Source: Malacoraja senta
Taxonomy: Eukaryota
DNA: 64,000 nt
Direction of reading: 5' to 3'
Assembly: GCA_038087875.1 (NCBI GenBank)
Contig: CM075996.1
Location: forward strand, 10,418,001-10,482,000
Below are positions 13,329 through 24,652 of the stretch, piece after piece. Numbering within the stretch: the first letter of the stretch is position 1; each line of letters starts with the position of its first letter. The position numbers were made by a program, and so were the translations under genes. Below the pieces are notes generated by a model. The model was not told the DNA's origin, did not search any database, and saw only the letters and a list, made by a program, of their open reading frames with translations.

Positions 13329-13384
13329 ACCATCGGTTCACACTGGTTCTGTTACCTAAGGGGGCGGCACAGTGACACAGCAGG

Positions 13385-13490
13385 TAGTGCCTGTACAAGC
13401 GGGACATCTGTTGGTGTAAAGCGGAACTGCAGGTAACAGCGCCTGTGCCAGCGGGACATCTGTCGGTGTAAAGTGGAACTGCAGGTAACT
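13385..13490 (-). repeat. Two units (~52 bp) of the minisatellite at 15535-16985, in inverted orientation
   Basis: GCGGGACATCTGTTGGTGTAAAGCGGAACTGCAGGTAAC-like unit starts at 13399 and 13451. Confidence 0.8.
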
Positions 13491-14028
13491 GTCTGTGCGA
13501 TCGAGTCAGGGTGTGAGGAACTGCAAGCCACCTTTCCAGTGCTAACGAGTCTGAAGAAGGGTCTCGACCCGAAAGGTCATCTGTCTTTCCCTCCTCAGGT
13601 GCTGCCTGACCCACTGAGTTACTCCAGCACCTTTTGTTCTATGTAAGATTCCAGCATCTGCAGTTTGTTGTGTTTCCTTCTGTTGGTGTAATGGAGACAC
13701 AAGAAGCTGCCGATGTGGAATCTTGAACAAATCATTGGAGTGTTTTGACCACTAGTTCTATGTCCTATACACTAGGGGCAAAGTGCTGGAAGAACTCAGC
13801 GAGTCAGGCAGCATCAGTGGAGGGAATGGACACCTAATATTTTGGGTTGGTTTGGGTCTGAAGAAGGGTGGCACCATGGTGCAGCTGGAAAGGGAAGGAA
13901 AATAAATAAAGGATGACTCGGCATGGGGGGATCGCCATGAGGGAGGGGGGAAGAACAAAGGGGCATCTGACGCAGGGGGGAATTTGTAACTTCGTCAGTG
14001 TCCTTTGTGGGCGACTATTTGCATACCT

Positions 14029-15460
14029 CGGAGCCAGGGTAAACCGCAGGAAGAGCGAGGCCATGCTCTTTGGCAACTGGCCCGACCAATCTTCCGTCCC
14101 CTTCACCATGAAGCCTGACTTCTTGAAGGTGCTGGGGATCTGGTTCGGGGAGGCTGAGGCGTGTGACAAGAATTGGCTGGAGCGAATTGTCAAGGTGGGG
14201 AAGTAACTGGAGCTGTGGAAGCAACATGCCCTCTCTATAACGGGGAAAAATGTGGTCATCAGGTGTGAGATGCTCTCGGAGCTGCTGTACTTGGCGCAAG
14301 TGTGGCCTGTCCCTCCCTCCTACGCCACAGGGATCACCCGGGCCGTCTTCCAGTTCATCTGGGGGTCGAGGATAGACCAGGTGTGACGGGCCACAATGTA
14401 CAAGTCAGCAGACAACGGGGGTAAAAGCGTGCCCAACGTCGCCCTCGCCCTGATGGCCACCTTTGTGTGTGGCTGCATCAGGCGGAGTGTAGAGCCAAGG
14501 TACGTGGGCACCAAGTGTCACTACCTGCTGAGGTTCTATCTGTCCCCGGTGTTGTGCAGGATGGGCCTGGCGCAGATGCCACGCAATGTGCCAATCAGCT
14601 GGACATTGCCGCACCATCTGCCGTTTGTGGAAAGGTTCTTCCGGACCAACACCTTTGACCACAAGTCCATTGGGCAGTGGTCAGCACGGAATGTCCTGCA
14701 GGCACTGCAGGGAAAGGACTCGATGGATCCGGTGGCGTGGTTCCCAGAGCAGACTGCCCAGCTTGTCTGGCAAAATGCGTCATCGCCAGAACTCACCAAC
14801 AAGCACCAAGACCTGGCTTGGCTGGCGGTGAGGGGAACCCTCCCAGTCAGATCCTTCCTGCACCGTCAGAACCTCACTACCAGCTCACGCTGCCCTCGGG
14901 ACGGCTGCTATGAAGAGGAGACAGTTGCCCACCTCTTTGCAGAGTGTGGATTTGCAAAGAGAGTCTGGAGAAGTATGCAAGGGTCCCTGGAACGCTTTAT
15001 CCCGAACAGCTCCGTCACAGAGGACTCTGTGATTTACGGACTGTTCCCAGGAACACATTCAGAGACTGACATCGAGTGCTGCTGGAGGGTCATCAACTGG
15101 GTGAAAGATGCTCTTTGGTCTGCCCGAGCGCTGTTGACCTCCCAGCAGAACGAGATGTCCGTCGGGGAATGTTGCCGACTGGCCTGCAGCAGACTGCAGG
15201 AGTAGCTTGGTGCAGCCAACGCCAAGGCTCGGTGGGGGAGGACCACAGTCTAGGGTCCTTCCGCTGCTGGACATGGAGAAGCCCCTCAAGATAAGGGAAG
15301 GGATTCCACGCCAGTGGGCCACATGAGTGGCAAGAGTAATTTGTGTAAACAGTATTGAATGTATGTATAGCCTCCGAGAATGTTGGATGGAGTTTTGTTA
15401 GGATCATGTATTGTATATATTTATTTCTCGAATAAAGTCTAATTTGAAGGGGAAAAAAAT
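14029..15460 (+). mobile_element. 5'-truncated Tx1/L1-clade LINE
   Basis: ORF2 C-terminus with CPRDGC..EETVAHLFAEC zinc motif and several stops. AATAAA and an A-rich tail at ~15431-15459. TSD CATACCT (14022-14028, 15461-15467). Confidence 0.85.
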
Positions 15461-15899
15461 CATACCTCTGGTATGCAACAAAGAATCTCACTGTGACTTG
15501 TCACATGTGACAGTAGAGTATTCAATTCAGACAATTGCAGTTCCACTTTACACCATTTCTTGAAAGGACAGACACTGTTACCTACATTTCCACTTTACCT
15601 GACAGATGTCCCAATAGCAGACGAGAGTTGCTTGCAGTTTCCCTTACATCAACAGATGGCTCGCTAGATAGGCACAAAATGCTGGAGTAACTCAGCGGGA
15701 CAGGCAGCATCCCTGGAGAGAAGGAACGAGCGTCTCGCTAATACGGACGAGTAGCCTGCAATTGCACTTTACACCAACAGGAGTCTCACTAGCACAGGCG
15801 AGTAGCCTGCAGTTCCGTTTTACACCAACAGGAGTCTCATTAGCACAGGAGAGTTGCTTGTACTTCCACTTTACACCAAAAGGAATCTCGCTAGTGGCA

Positions 15900-16495
15900 G
15901 GCCACTTTGTACAGGGCCCTGGTGAGACCGCACCTGCAGTATATATTGTGTGCAGTTTTGGTCTCCTGATTTGAGGAAGGACATTCTTGCTATTGAGGGA
16001 GTGCAGCATTGGTTCACCAGGTTAATTCCCGGGATGGCGGGACTGACATGTGATGAAAGAATGAATTGACTGGACTTGTATTCACTGGAGTTTAGAAAGA
16101 TGAGACGGGATCTTACAGAAACATAAAATTCTTGAGGGATTGAACAGGCTACACGCAGAAAAATATTCCCCATGTTGGGGGAGTCCAGAACCAGGGGTCA
16201 CAGTTTAGGAATAAGGGGTAGGCCATTTAGGACTGAGATGAGGAAAAACTTTTTCACCAAGAGAGTTGTGAATCAGTGGAATTCTCTGCCACAGAAGGCA
16301 GTGGAGGTCAATTCACTGGTTGTTTAAGAGAGAGTTAGATTTAGCTCTTAGGGCTAAAGGAATCAAGGGATATGGCGAAAAAGCAGGAACGGGGTACTGA
16401 TTTTGGATGATCAGCCATGATCATATTGAATGGCGGTAATGGCTCGAAGGGCCGAATGGCCTACTCTGCACCTATTTTCTATTTTTCTATGTTTC
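15900..16495 (+). mobile_element. CR1 LINE 3' fragment
   Basis: LYRALVRPHL..YCVQFWSP through the 3' UTR and (TTCTATGT) tail. Confidence 0.9.
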
Positions 16496-16619
16496 TAGCA
16501 CAGGAGTTGCCTGCAGTTCCATTTTAACACCAACAGGCGTCTCGATAGCACTAGCGAGAGCTACTTGCAGTTCCACTTTCCACCAACAGCTGTCTCTAGC
16601 ACAGACATTGTTACTTGTG

Positions 16620-16846
16620 TTAAAGAAGGAACTGCAGATGCTGGAAAATCGAAGGTACACAGAAATGCTGGAGAAACTCAGCGGGTGCAGCAGCATCTAT
16701 GGAGCGAAGGAAATAGGCAACGTTTCGGGCCGAAACCCTTCTTCAGACTGGCTTCTGAAGAAGGGTTTCGGCCCGAAACGTTGCCTATTTCCTTCGCTCC
16801 ATAGATGCTGCTGCACCCGCTGAGTTTCTCCAGCATTTTTGTGTAC
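16620..16846. mobile_element. Near-perfect palindromic Penelope-type insert with a hammerhead core on each strand
   Basis: 14-bp TSD CATTGTTACTTGTG (16606-16619, 16847-16860). Arms of ~92 bp meet at TTCTTCAGActggctTCTGAAGAA. Confidence 0.85.
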
Positions 16847-17427
16847 CATTGTTACTTGTGGTTCTACTTTACACCGACAGGTGCCTTGATTATCACACAA
16901 GCAAGAGCGTGATAACCTACGGTTCCAATTTGCATCACCAGCTGTCTTTGTTAAGACAGAGTCAACAATAACTTGTATTTTCACTGTGCAATGTTTAAAC
17001 AGTCATTTTTTTTACCTCCAGTGGGGGCAGCATGTGGTGGGATCGCCCCTCAAAATAAGGGAAGGGATCCATGCCAGTGGGCCTCATGAGTGGCAAGGTG
17101 GGGAATAAATTTGTGAAATTTGAGCAATGTATGTAGACCAGTGGTTCTTAACCTGGGGGTCGTGACCCACATGGTGGTCGTTTGGGGTTTTCCGGGGGTC
17201 ATGAAGGGGTTGTAAATAACATCAATTTGTTGAGCCCAGTTTTAGGAACCTAACAAAGGTACATACCACACAGTATTTTGTTCGCGTATGTGCGTACGTA
17301 TACACAGGGCTATGAGAAGGGGGTGCTGGGGGTACATCGTACCCAGGCCCGGAGACCAAAAGGGGGCACGGGAGCCGAAGGAGGGGGGCTGGAATTTCCT
17401 GTATGGGTCTTCCCAGTAGGAGGGGGA

Positions 17428-17632
17428 GAGCACTAGGGACCCAGCAGAGTCATCACCACTGATGGGGCTTCCCTGTAAGGGGTGTGGAGAGCACTAGGAC
17501 CCAGCAGAGTCATCACCACTGATGGGGCTTCCCTGTAAGGGGTGTGGAGAGCACTAGGACCCAGCAGAGTCATCACCACTGATGGGTCTTCCCTGTAAGG
17601 GGTGTGGAGAGCACTAGGACCCAGCAGAGTCA
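17428..17632. repeat. 60-bp minisatellite, ~3.4 copies
   Basis: Lines starting at 17461, 17521 and 17581 are near-identical. It lies downstream of a hAT-like terminus CAGTGGTTCTTAACCTGGGG at ~17139. Confidence 0.95.
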
Positions 17633-17919
17633 GACCACGTGCTGTCTGCATGGTGGAGGTTGTGGGCCTAGTGCTGCGCCGGGAACTCTGGTGAGGTGAC
17701 GGTTCTAGCCCACTGGTGGCCGGTGGTGAGGCGAGGGTCGGCGGAGTCGCTGGTGGAGGCCCGTGGGGAGCTGGAGTAGAGATAAGGGCAGCAGCATCGG
17801 TGGCTTTCTGAAGACAGTGAAGGTCGGCGACAGTGGCTTGAAGACGGGTGGCCTCGCCCGGGGAGGTGGTGAGAGTCGGCAGCACTAGGCCCACAACCTC
17901 GTTTCAGTCGTCCGGGCCT

Positions 17920-18196
17920 GGGTTTGGGTTTGGGTGTGGGTGGGTGTGTGTGTGTGTCAGTGGGTGTAGGTGGGTGTGTGTGTGTGTGTCAGTGGGTGTA
18001 GGTGGGTGGATGCGTGTGAGTGGGTCTGGATGAGTGGGTGCGTGTGAGTGGGTGGGTGTGTGTGAGTGCGTGTGTGGGTGCGGGTGAGTATGTGAGTGGG
18101 TATGAGTGGGTGTGGGTGTATGTGAGTGGGTGAGTGAGTGTGTGTCTGAGTGTGTGTGTGGTAGTGGGTGTGTGTGAGTGGGTGTGTGAGTGGGTG
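17920..18196. repeat. GT-rich compound microsatellite
   Basis: (GTGT/GGGT/GAGT)n. Confidence 0.95.
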
Positions 18197-18239
18197 AATT
18201 TTGTAAATGCAGTTAAAACCATTAGATCTGGGTACATTA

Positions 18240-19882
18240 TCCACATTAGGCAGGAAATGGTGTTGGATAGACTGATGGGACTGAAGGCTGATAAATCCCC
18301 AGGGCCTAATGGTCTGCATCCCAAGGTACTTAAGGAAGTGGCTCTAGAAATCGTGGATGCATTGGTGATAATTTTCCAATGTTCTATAGACTCAGGATCA
18401 GTTCCTGTGGATTGGAGGATAGCTAATGTTATCCCACTTTTTAAGAAAGGCAGGAGAGAGAAAACAGGGAATTATAGACCAGTTAGCCTGACATCGGTGG
18501 TGGGGAAGATGCTGGAGTCAATTATTAAAGATGAAATAGCCGAACATTTGGATAGCAGTAACAGGATCGGTCCGAGTCAGCATGGATTTACGAAGGGGAA
18601 ATCATGCTTGACTAATCTTCTGGAATGTTTTGAAGATGTAACTAAGAAAATGTACAAGGGAGAGCTAGTGGATGTAGTGTACCTGGCCTTTCAGAAGGCA
18701 TTTGATAAGGACCCACATAGGAGATTAGTGAGCAAAATTATGGCACATAGTATTGGGGGTAGAGTGCTGACATGGATAGAGAAGTGGTTGGCAAAGGAAA
18801 CAAAGAGTAGGGATTAACGGGTCCCTTTCAGAATGGCAGGCAGTGACTAGTGGGGTGCCGCAAGGCTCTGTGCTGGGACCGCAGCTATTTACAATATACA
18901 TCAATGATTTGGATGAAGGGATTCAAAGTAACATTAGCAAATTTGCAAATGACACAAAGCTGGGTGGCAGTGTGAACTGTGAGGAGGATGTTATGAGAAT
19001 GCAGGGTGACTTGGACAGGTTGGGGGGGTTGGGCAGATGCATAGCAGACGAAGTTTAATGCGGATAAATGTGAGGTTATCCACTTTGGTAGCAAAAACAG
19101 GAAGGCAGATTACTATCTAAATGGCGTCAAGTTGGGAAAAGGGGAAGTACAACGGGATCTGGGGGTCCTTGTACATCCGTCTATGAAAGTAAGCATGCAG
19201 GTAGAGCAGGCAATGAAGAAAGCGAATGGCATGTTGGCCTTTATAACAAGAGGAATCAAATATAGGAGCAAAGAGGACCTTCTGCAATTGTACAGAGCCC
19301 AAGTAAGACCACACCTGGAGTATTGTGTGCAGTTTTGGTCCCCTAATTTGAGGAAGGACATACTTGCTATTGAGGGAGTGCAGCGTAGGTTTACAAGGTT
19401 AATTCCCGGGATGGCGGGACTGTCATATGCTGAGAGAATGGAGCAGCTGGGCTTGTACACTCTGGAGTTTAGAAGGATGAGAGGGCAATCTCATTGAAAC
19501 ATATATAAGATTGTTAAGGGCTTGGACACACTAGAGGCAGAAAATGTGTTCCCGATGTTGGGGGAGACCAGAACCAGGGGCCACAGTTTAAGAATAAGGA
19601 GTAAGCCATTTAGAACGTAGACGAGGAAACACTTTTTCTCACAGAGTGGTGAGTCTGTGGAATTCTCTGCCTCAAAGGGCGGTGGAGGCAGGTTCTCTGG
19701 ATGCTTTCAAGAGAGAGCTAGATAGGGCTCTTAAAGATAGCAGAGTCAGGGGATATAGGGAGAAGGCAGAAACAGGGTACTGATTGGGGATGATCAGCCA
19801 TGATCATATTGAATGGCGCTGCTGGCTAGAAGGGCCGAATGGCCTACTCCTGCACTGATTGTCTATTGTCTATTGTCTATTG
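18240..19882 (+). mobile_element. CR1 LINE, 3' ~1.6 kb with degraded RT
   Basis: [47 protein letters not shown], and a (TCTATTG)n tail. Confidence 0.95.
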
Positions 19883-20350
19883 AATTTGTTAACAGAGTAT
19901 AGACTTGGTGACCTGTTTCCAAATGTTTGTGTTAGCTTAAGATATTAACAATTCCAGCAACAGTAGCTTCTGCAGAGAGGTCATTTAGCAAACTCAAGCT
20001 GATTAAAAATTATTTAAGGTCTACAATGTCTCAGGAACGTCTTGTGGATTTGGCCAGGCTAAGTATTGAATCAAACATTGCCAGAACAATAAATTTTCAT
20101 GCTATGATTCTAAATTTTTCACAAAAAAGGCCAGGAAAGCTCTTTATTTAAAGTAAATTTAAAGCCTATCTACCTTCTATTACTAATAATTATGTCTTCT
20201 GATGATCTGAACTGAATTGAAATATAAAAGTATTTTTCAATGTGAATTCTTTCTCCTTATCTGTATTGTAGCATAAACAAAGATGTTCAAAACAAATGTG
20301 CTTTCTGATCCTTTTATTTTATTTATATTTATTAATATTTATCATGGAGG
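19883..20350 (+). mobile_element. hAT transposase C-terminal fragment (ZMYM1-like)
   Basis: Translates LTIPATVASAERSFSKLKLIKNYLRSTMSQERLVDLARLSIES. Confidence 0.8.
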
Positions 20351-20589
20351 GAGTATAGGAGCATAAGGCCTCAAATGCAGAAAATCAACAGAGCGCTCCA
20401 TTCCACCCCTCTCTCATCTTCCATCCCCCTTTTTGCCTTACAGGCTACAGCTCATGGCATAAAACCCCTAGTAGATAAAAACAGGATGACTAATGGAGAA
20501 GGGTAGGGGGCCTGAAAGAAACTTTGTACCCACTGATAAAATTCCCCTGAGGCCCTGCGTATACTGCGTGTTTTGTGAACCATGTCTTC

Positions 20590-21312
20590 CAAGACACACA
20601 CGTATAGTGAAGCATTTCTCAAGTTCGGCTTCACAAGCATTGTTCAAAAATCCGTGGTCAATGTGTTATCTGTGCCAAGGTTTTGAGCCATGAGTGCATG
20701 AAGCCCAGCAAACTGAAGATCCATTTGGAGTCTTGTCACAGCGACCTGGCGGGGAAGGGTGTGGACTATTTCAAACTAAAAGAAGCCGCACTCAAGGGTT
20801 CCCGCATCGATTCGACAGGTCACTGCGCTCATCAAAATGAAGCAGCGTTGGAGGCTTCATACCGGATTGCTTATCGAATCGCACAGACTATAAGAAACCT
20901 CACAGCATCGGTGAAGAGCTTATCAAGTCATGCCTTCTCGAAGCAGCAAAGTTGGTGCTGGGGGAACAGCAGTCAAACAAGTTCAGGCAGATTTCCCTTT
21001 TGAATGACAGTCAAAAGTCGAATCTCGGATATGAGTAATATTCTGCTGCAAGTAATGAGCACTGTGAAGAGCAGTCCAGTGTATTCACTGCAACTGGACA
21101 AGTCAACAGATGTTACCTCATGTTCCCAACTGCTAGTCTACGTTTGTTACCTCGATGGAGAAGCCATGAAGGAAGAGTACATGTTCTCAGAGCCATTGGC
21201 CACTACCACTCGGGGAGAAGATGTGTTCAGAATGTTGGACGCCTTCCTCATCAAACATGAGCTTGGCTGGGAACGCCTTGTCGGGGTGTGCACAGATGGG
21301 GCACCTTCCATA
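20590..21312 (+). mobile_element. hAT Buster/Charlie-like transposase fragment (frameshifted)
   Basis: MKPSKLKIHLESCH, YSLQLDKSTDV..CSQLLVYV, LVGVCTDGAPS. Confidence 0.85.
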
Positions 21313-21753
21313 GTCTTCAGGAATTAATTGGAAACCTATGCTAAGGAAAGGAGAGGGGAAGAAATGCAATCTGTGGTCGGGCTACAGAACCTGTGTTCCT
21401 GTGCCCAGTGGAGATGTGGTTCTGTTGCAAAATTTACTTTGTGTTGAGAGAGATGAAGCTTCCACCGAGGATCTCGTGGGATCCTGAATTAGTCAGGAAA
21501 TGGTGTTGGGTTGACTGTTGGGACTGAAAGCAATCCCCAGGGCCTGATGGTCTGCATCCCAGAGTACTCAAGGAGGTTGGTCTAGAAATTGTGGATGCAA
21601 TAGTGATCATTTTCCAATGTTCTCTCGACTGGATCAGTTCCTGTGGACTGGAGGGTAGCTAATGTAACCTCACTTTTTGAGAAAGGAGGGAGGGAGAGAA
21701 AAACGGGAAATTATAGACCAGTTAGCCTGACATCCGGAGTGGGGAAGATGCTT

Positions 21754-22658
21754 CTTCTTCTTCTGTCGTGTGTCTTTTAGACCTGCAGCTCCGTTGAGGC
21801 GAGCCAGGCCAACGTGTCATCGTCCAGGTCAATCAGACCTCGTTCACCATTCGGGGGCCGGTGTTTGGGGCAACTGGTGACGATGTGTGGGCTCCACTGT
21901 CTGTGTTGGGTCCCCACACTCGCAGGAGGCACTCGCTGTCCATGAGGCCCCACCTCTTCATCGCTACTCCATAGCGTCCTATGCCTGTCCTCAAGCGGTT
22001 GAGGGTTGTCCACTGCTTTCGGGGCAGGTCCTGGCCAGGGACGTCCATGGGGTCATCGATGTAATGGTGTAGCCTAGATGGTTCCGCTGACTTCCACTGG
22101 TCTCTCCATCTCGTCTTGACCCAGGCAGCCTTGACCCAGAAGCATCAGCCGGTGTTGTGCAGAACAGCTCTTGGGCTTGCGTGGCAAAGGGGTGCCGTGA
22201 CTTGAGGCGCACTCGTCGTGGTGTCTCTGTGACGATCTGATGGAGGAGGTGGGATGCACTGGTCTGTGCCTTTTGAGAGAGGGCCAGCGTGGCTGCTTCT
22301 CGTCTGATGTTGGCTGGGACGATGCCAGCGGGGACGGGCAGTTGGTTTACTGGGGTGGCTCGTAGGCATCCGGAGACAGTCCGCAGGATGCTGTTGAGGG
22401 CAGCATCCAGCTTCTTGGCGTGAGGGCTACGGCACCAGACCGGGGCGCAGTACTCGGCGGCTGAGAACACCAGGGCCACTGTGGACATGCGCAGTGTCTT
22501 CGTCGTGGCTCCCCATGTGGTGCCGGCTAGGCGGCGAATCAGTGCGGCACGGGCGCTTGTCTTTGCCTTGGCACCTTCCAGGTGTTGTTTGAATGACAAC
22601 GTTCTGTCGAGCTTCACACCGAGGTACGTGGGGACAGGCTGGGACCGTAATCGGGCTT
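21754..22658 (-). mobile_element. RTE/RTE-X-like LINE 3' fragment
   Basis: YLGVKLDRTLSFKQHL..WGA..LR..ALVFSAAEYCAPVW, LNRLRTG, (AAG)n tail, apparent TSD GATGCTT. Confidence 0.8.
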
Positions 22659-22974
22659 GATGCTTGAGTCCATTATAAAAGATTTAATAGCAGCGCATTT
22701 GGTGAGCAGTGACAGGATCGGTCAAAGTCAGCATGGATTTATGATGGGCAAATGTGTATGAGATATGATTAGCATATTGGAATGTCTTGCACTGTACGCA
22801 GGCGCAGAGAGACTCAAGATGGCGATTTCAATACAAGAAGCTTGTTAAGTACCTGTGTGTTCCGAGTCTTATTTAAGTCCGTTTCCAGCACCAATGCATA
22901 ACAATTTGGGGACGAGGATGTCGATTCCGTTAGCAGGAACAGAATTGCGGCTGTTTTGAGGCTTTTATAATCCT

Positions 22975-24162
22975 AATTGACCGTCTCCGGTACGGGGTTG
23001 GTATTGATGGCACTGCCCTGAGCTGGTTCATCTCCTACCTCAAAGGTAGGAGTTTCTCGACTAACATAGGCAACTCTTTCTCCTCCCCAGTTAATCTCTG
23101 CTGTGGGGTTCCACAAGGTTCCATCCTTGGCCCCATTCTCTTCTCCCTGTATATGCTCCCCTTAGGCCAAGTCATTGAAAGGCACGGCATTTCCTTCCAT
23201 TGCTACGCAGACGATACACGACTCTATCTCCCCCTGAAGCCCAAAAACCAATCTAATCTGCTTAACCTTACCCACTGCCTCGAGGATATAAAGTGTTGGA
23301 TGGCCCAGAACTTCCTCCAACTAAACGAGAGTGAGTCTGAGGTCATCCTTCTCGGCCCCTCGGACTCAATCAAAATGACAGCAGGCAGCCTTGGAAGCCT
23401 TACCCCACTACTCAAACCTCACGTCAAAAACATTGGCATGATATTTGACTCAGCACTGAAATTTGACAAACAAGTCAATGCCGTGGTAAAAGCTAGCTTC
23501 TTTCAGCTTCGGACGATAGCTAAAATAAAACAATTCCTCCACTTTGATGACCTCGAAAAGATCATCCACACATTTATCTCCCGCATAGATTATTGCAACT
23601 CCTTTACACTGGCATCAGCCAATCTTCCCTGTCCCTCCTGCATCTGGTCCAAAACGCCGCAGCGAGACTCCTGACGGGCACCCGAAAAAGGGACCACATC
23701 ATCCCGATCCTGGCCTCTCTCCACTGGCTCCCTGTGCGGTTCCGTATACATTTCAACATCCTCCACTATGTCTACAAAGCCTCAATGGGCTTGCCCCTAC
23801 CTACATTAAAAGTCTTCTCACCCACCACTCACCTCCAGGTCCCTCAGATCGGCCGACTTGGGGTTGCTGAATATCCCGCGGTCTAGGCATAAGCTCAGGG
23901 GCGACCGCGCCTTTGCGGTTGCAGCCCCTAGACTGTGGAACAGCATCCCCCTTCCCATCAGAACTGGCCCTCCATCGACTCCTTTAAGTCAAGACTAAAA
24001 ACTTATCTATACTCCCAAGCCTTTCTTGACGTCCTCTGAGCGAGGGCTATATGTATATATGTATGTAGTTTGTTTGTTTATACTATTCTTATAACAAATG
24101 TAAAGCACTTTGGCCAACGAGTTGTTTTTTAAATGTGCTATATAAATAAATGTGACTTGACT
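22975..24162 (+). mobile_element. L2-clade LINE 3' fragment nested in the Gypsy element
   Basis: GVPQGSILGP, FHCYADDT, RIDYCNS, VQNAAARLL, LHWLPV, then AATAAA and a (GACTT) tail. Confidence 0.9.
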
Positions 24163-24491
24163 TTCTCAAGATCGAACAGAAAGTTAAAGACAAGTATGTA
24201 TTTGACGCGCAAAAAGGTGGAACGGGAACGCATGATCACCAGGCAACAAGCAGTGCTGGAGCGGGGCAGCGCAGCTAGAAGCTAGAAGCCTAGCAAGCAG
24301 AACAACGACGGTGGTTGCTTACCTTAAACGCTTTCCAGTGCCGTGCAGCCCACGGCTAAGTCCAACCGCCCCCAACGTCGAGTGAGTGTCCAGTGCCGTG
24401 CAGCCCACGGCCGAACCACCACCAACGACGAGAAGCCGAGTCTCCGAGAGCCAGCGCCGGTGATAACGAGGGGACACATCGGTAAGCGGTA

Positions 24492-24652
24492 AGCCCGTGA
24501 AGCCAGCAAAGCCAGCCCGTGAAGCCAGCAAAGCCAGCCCGTGAAGACAGCAAAGCCAGCCCGTGAAGCCAGCAAAGCCAGCCCGTGAAGCCAGCAAAGC
24601 CAGCCCGTGAAGCCAGCAAAGCCAGCCCGTGAAGCCAGCAAAGCCAGCCCGT
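24492..24652. repeat. 22-bp tandem repeat, ~7 copies
   Basis: Unit AGCCCGTGAAGCCAGCAAAGCC. Confidence 0.95.

Larger units (their letters stand above)
15535..16985 (+). repeat. Degenerate ~51-bp tandem array, interrupted by three insertions
   Basis: Approximate unit GTAGCCTGCAGTTCCACTTTACACCAACAGGAGTCTCGCTAGCACAGGCGA, period 51 (15751 to 15802). About a dozen units. Confidence 0.85.

Noticed and set aside
15535..16985. Regularly spaced repeats resembling a CRISPR array
   Set aside because: The whole unit repeats, there are no unique spacers or cas genes, and the context is vertebrate. It is a minisatellite.
17433..18324. ORFs with His/Thr repeats and 20-aa repeats
   Set aside because: Derived from the 60-bp minisatellite and the GT microsatellite.
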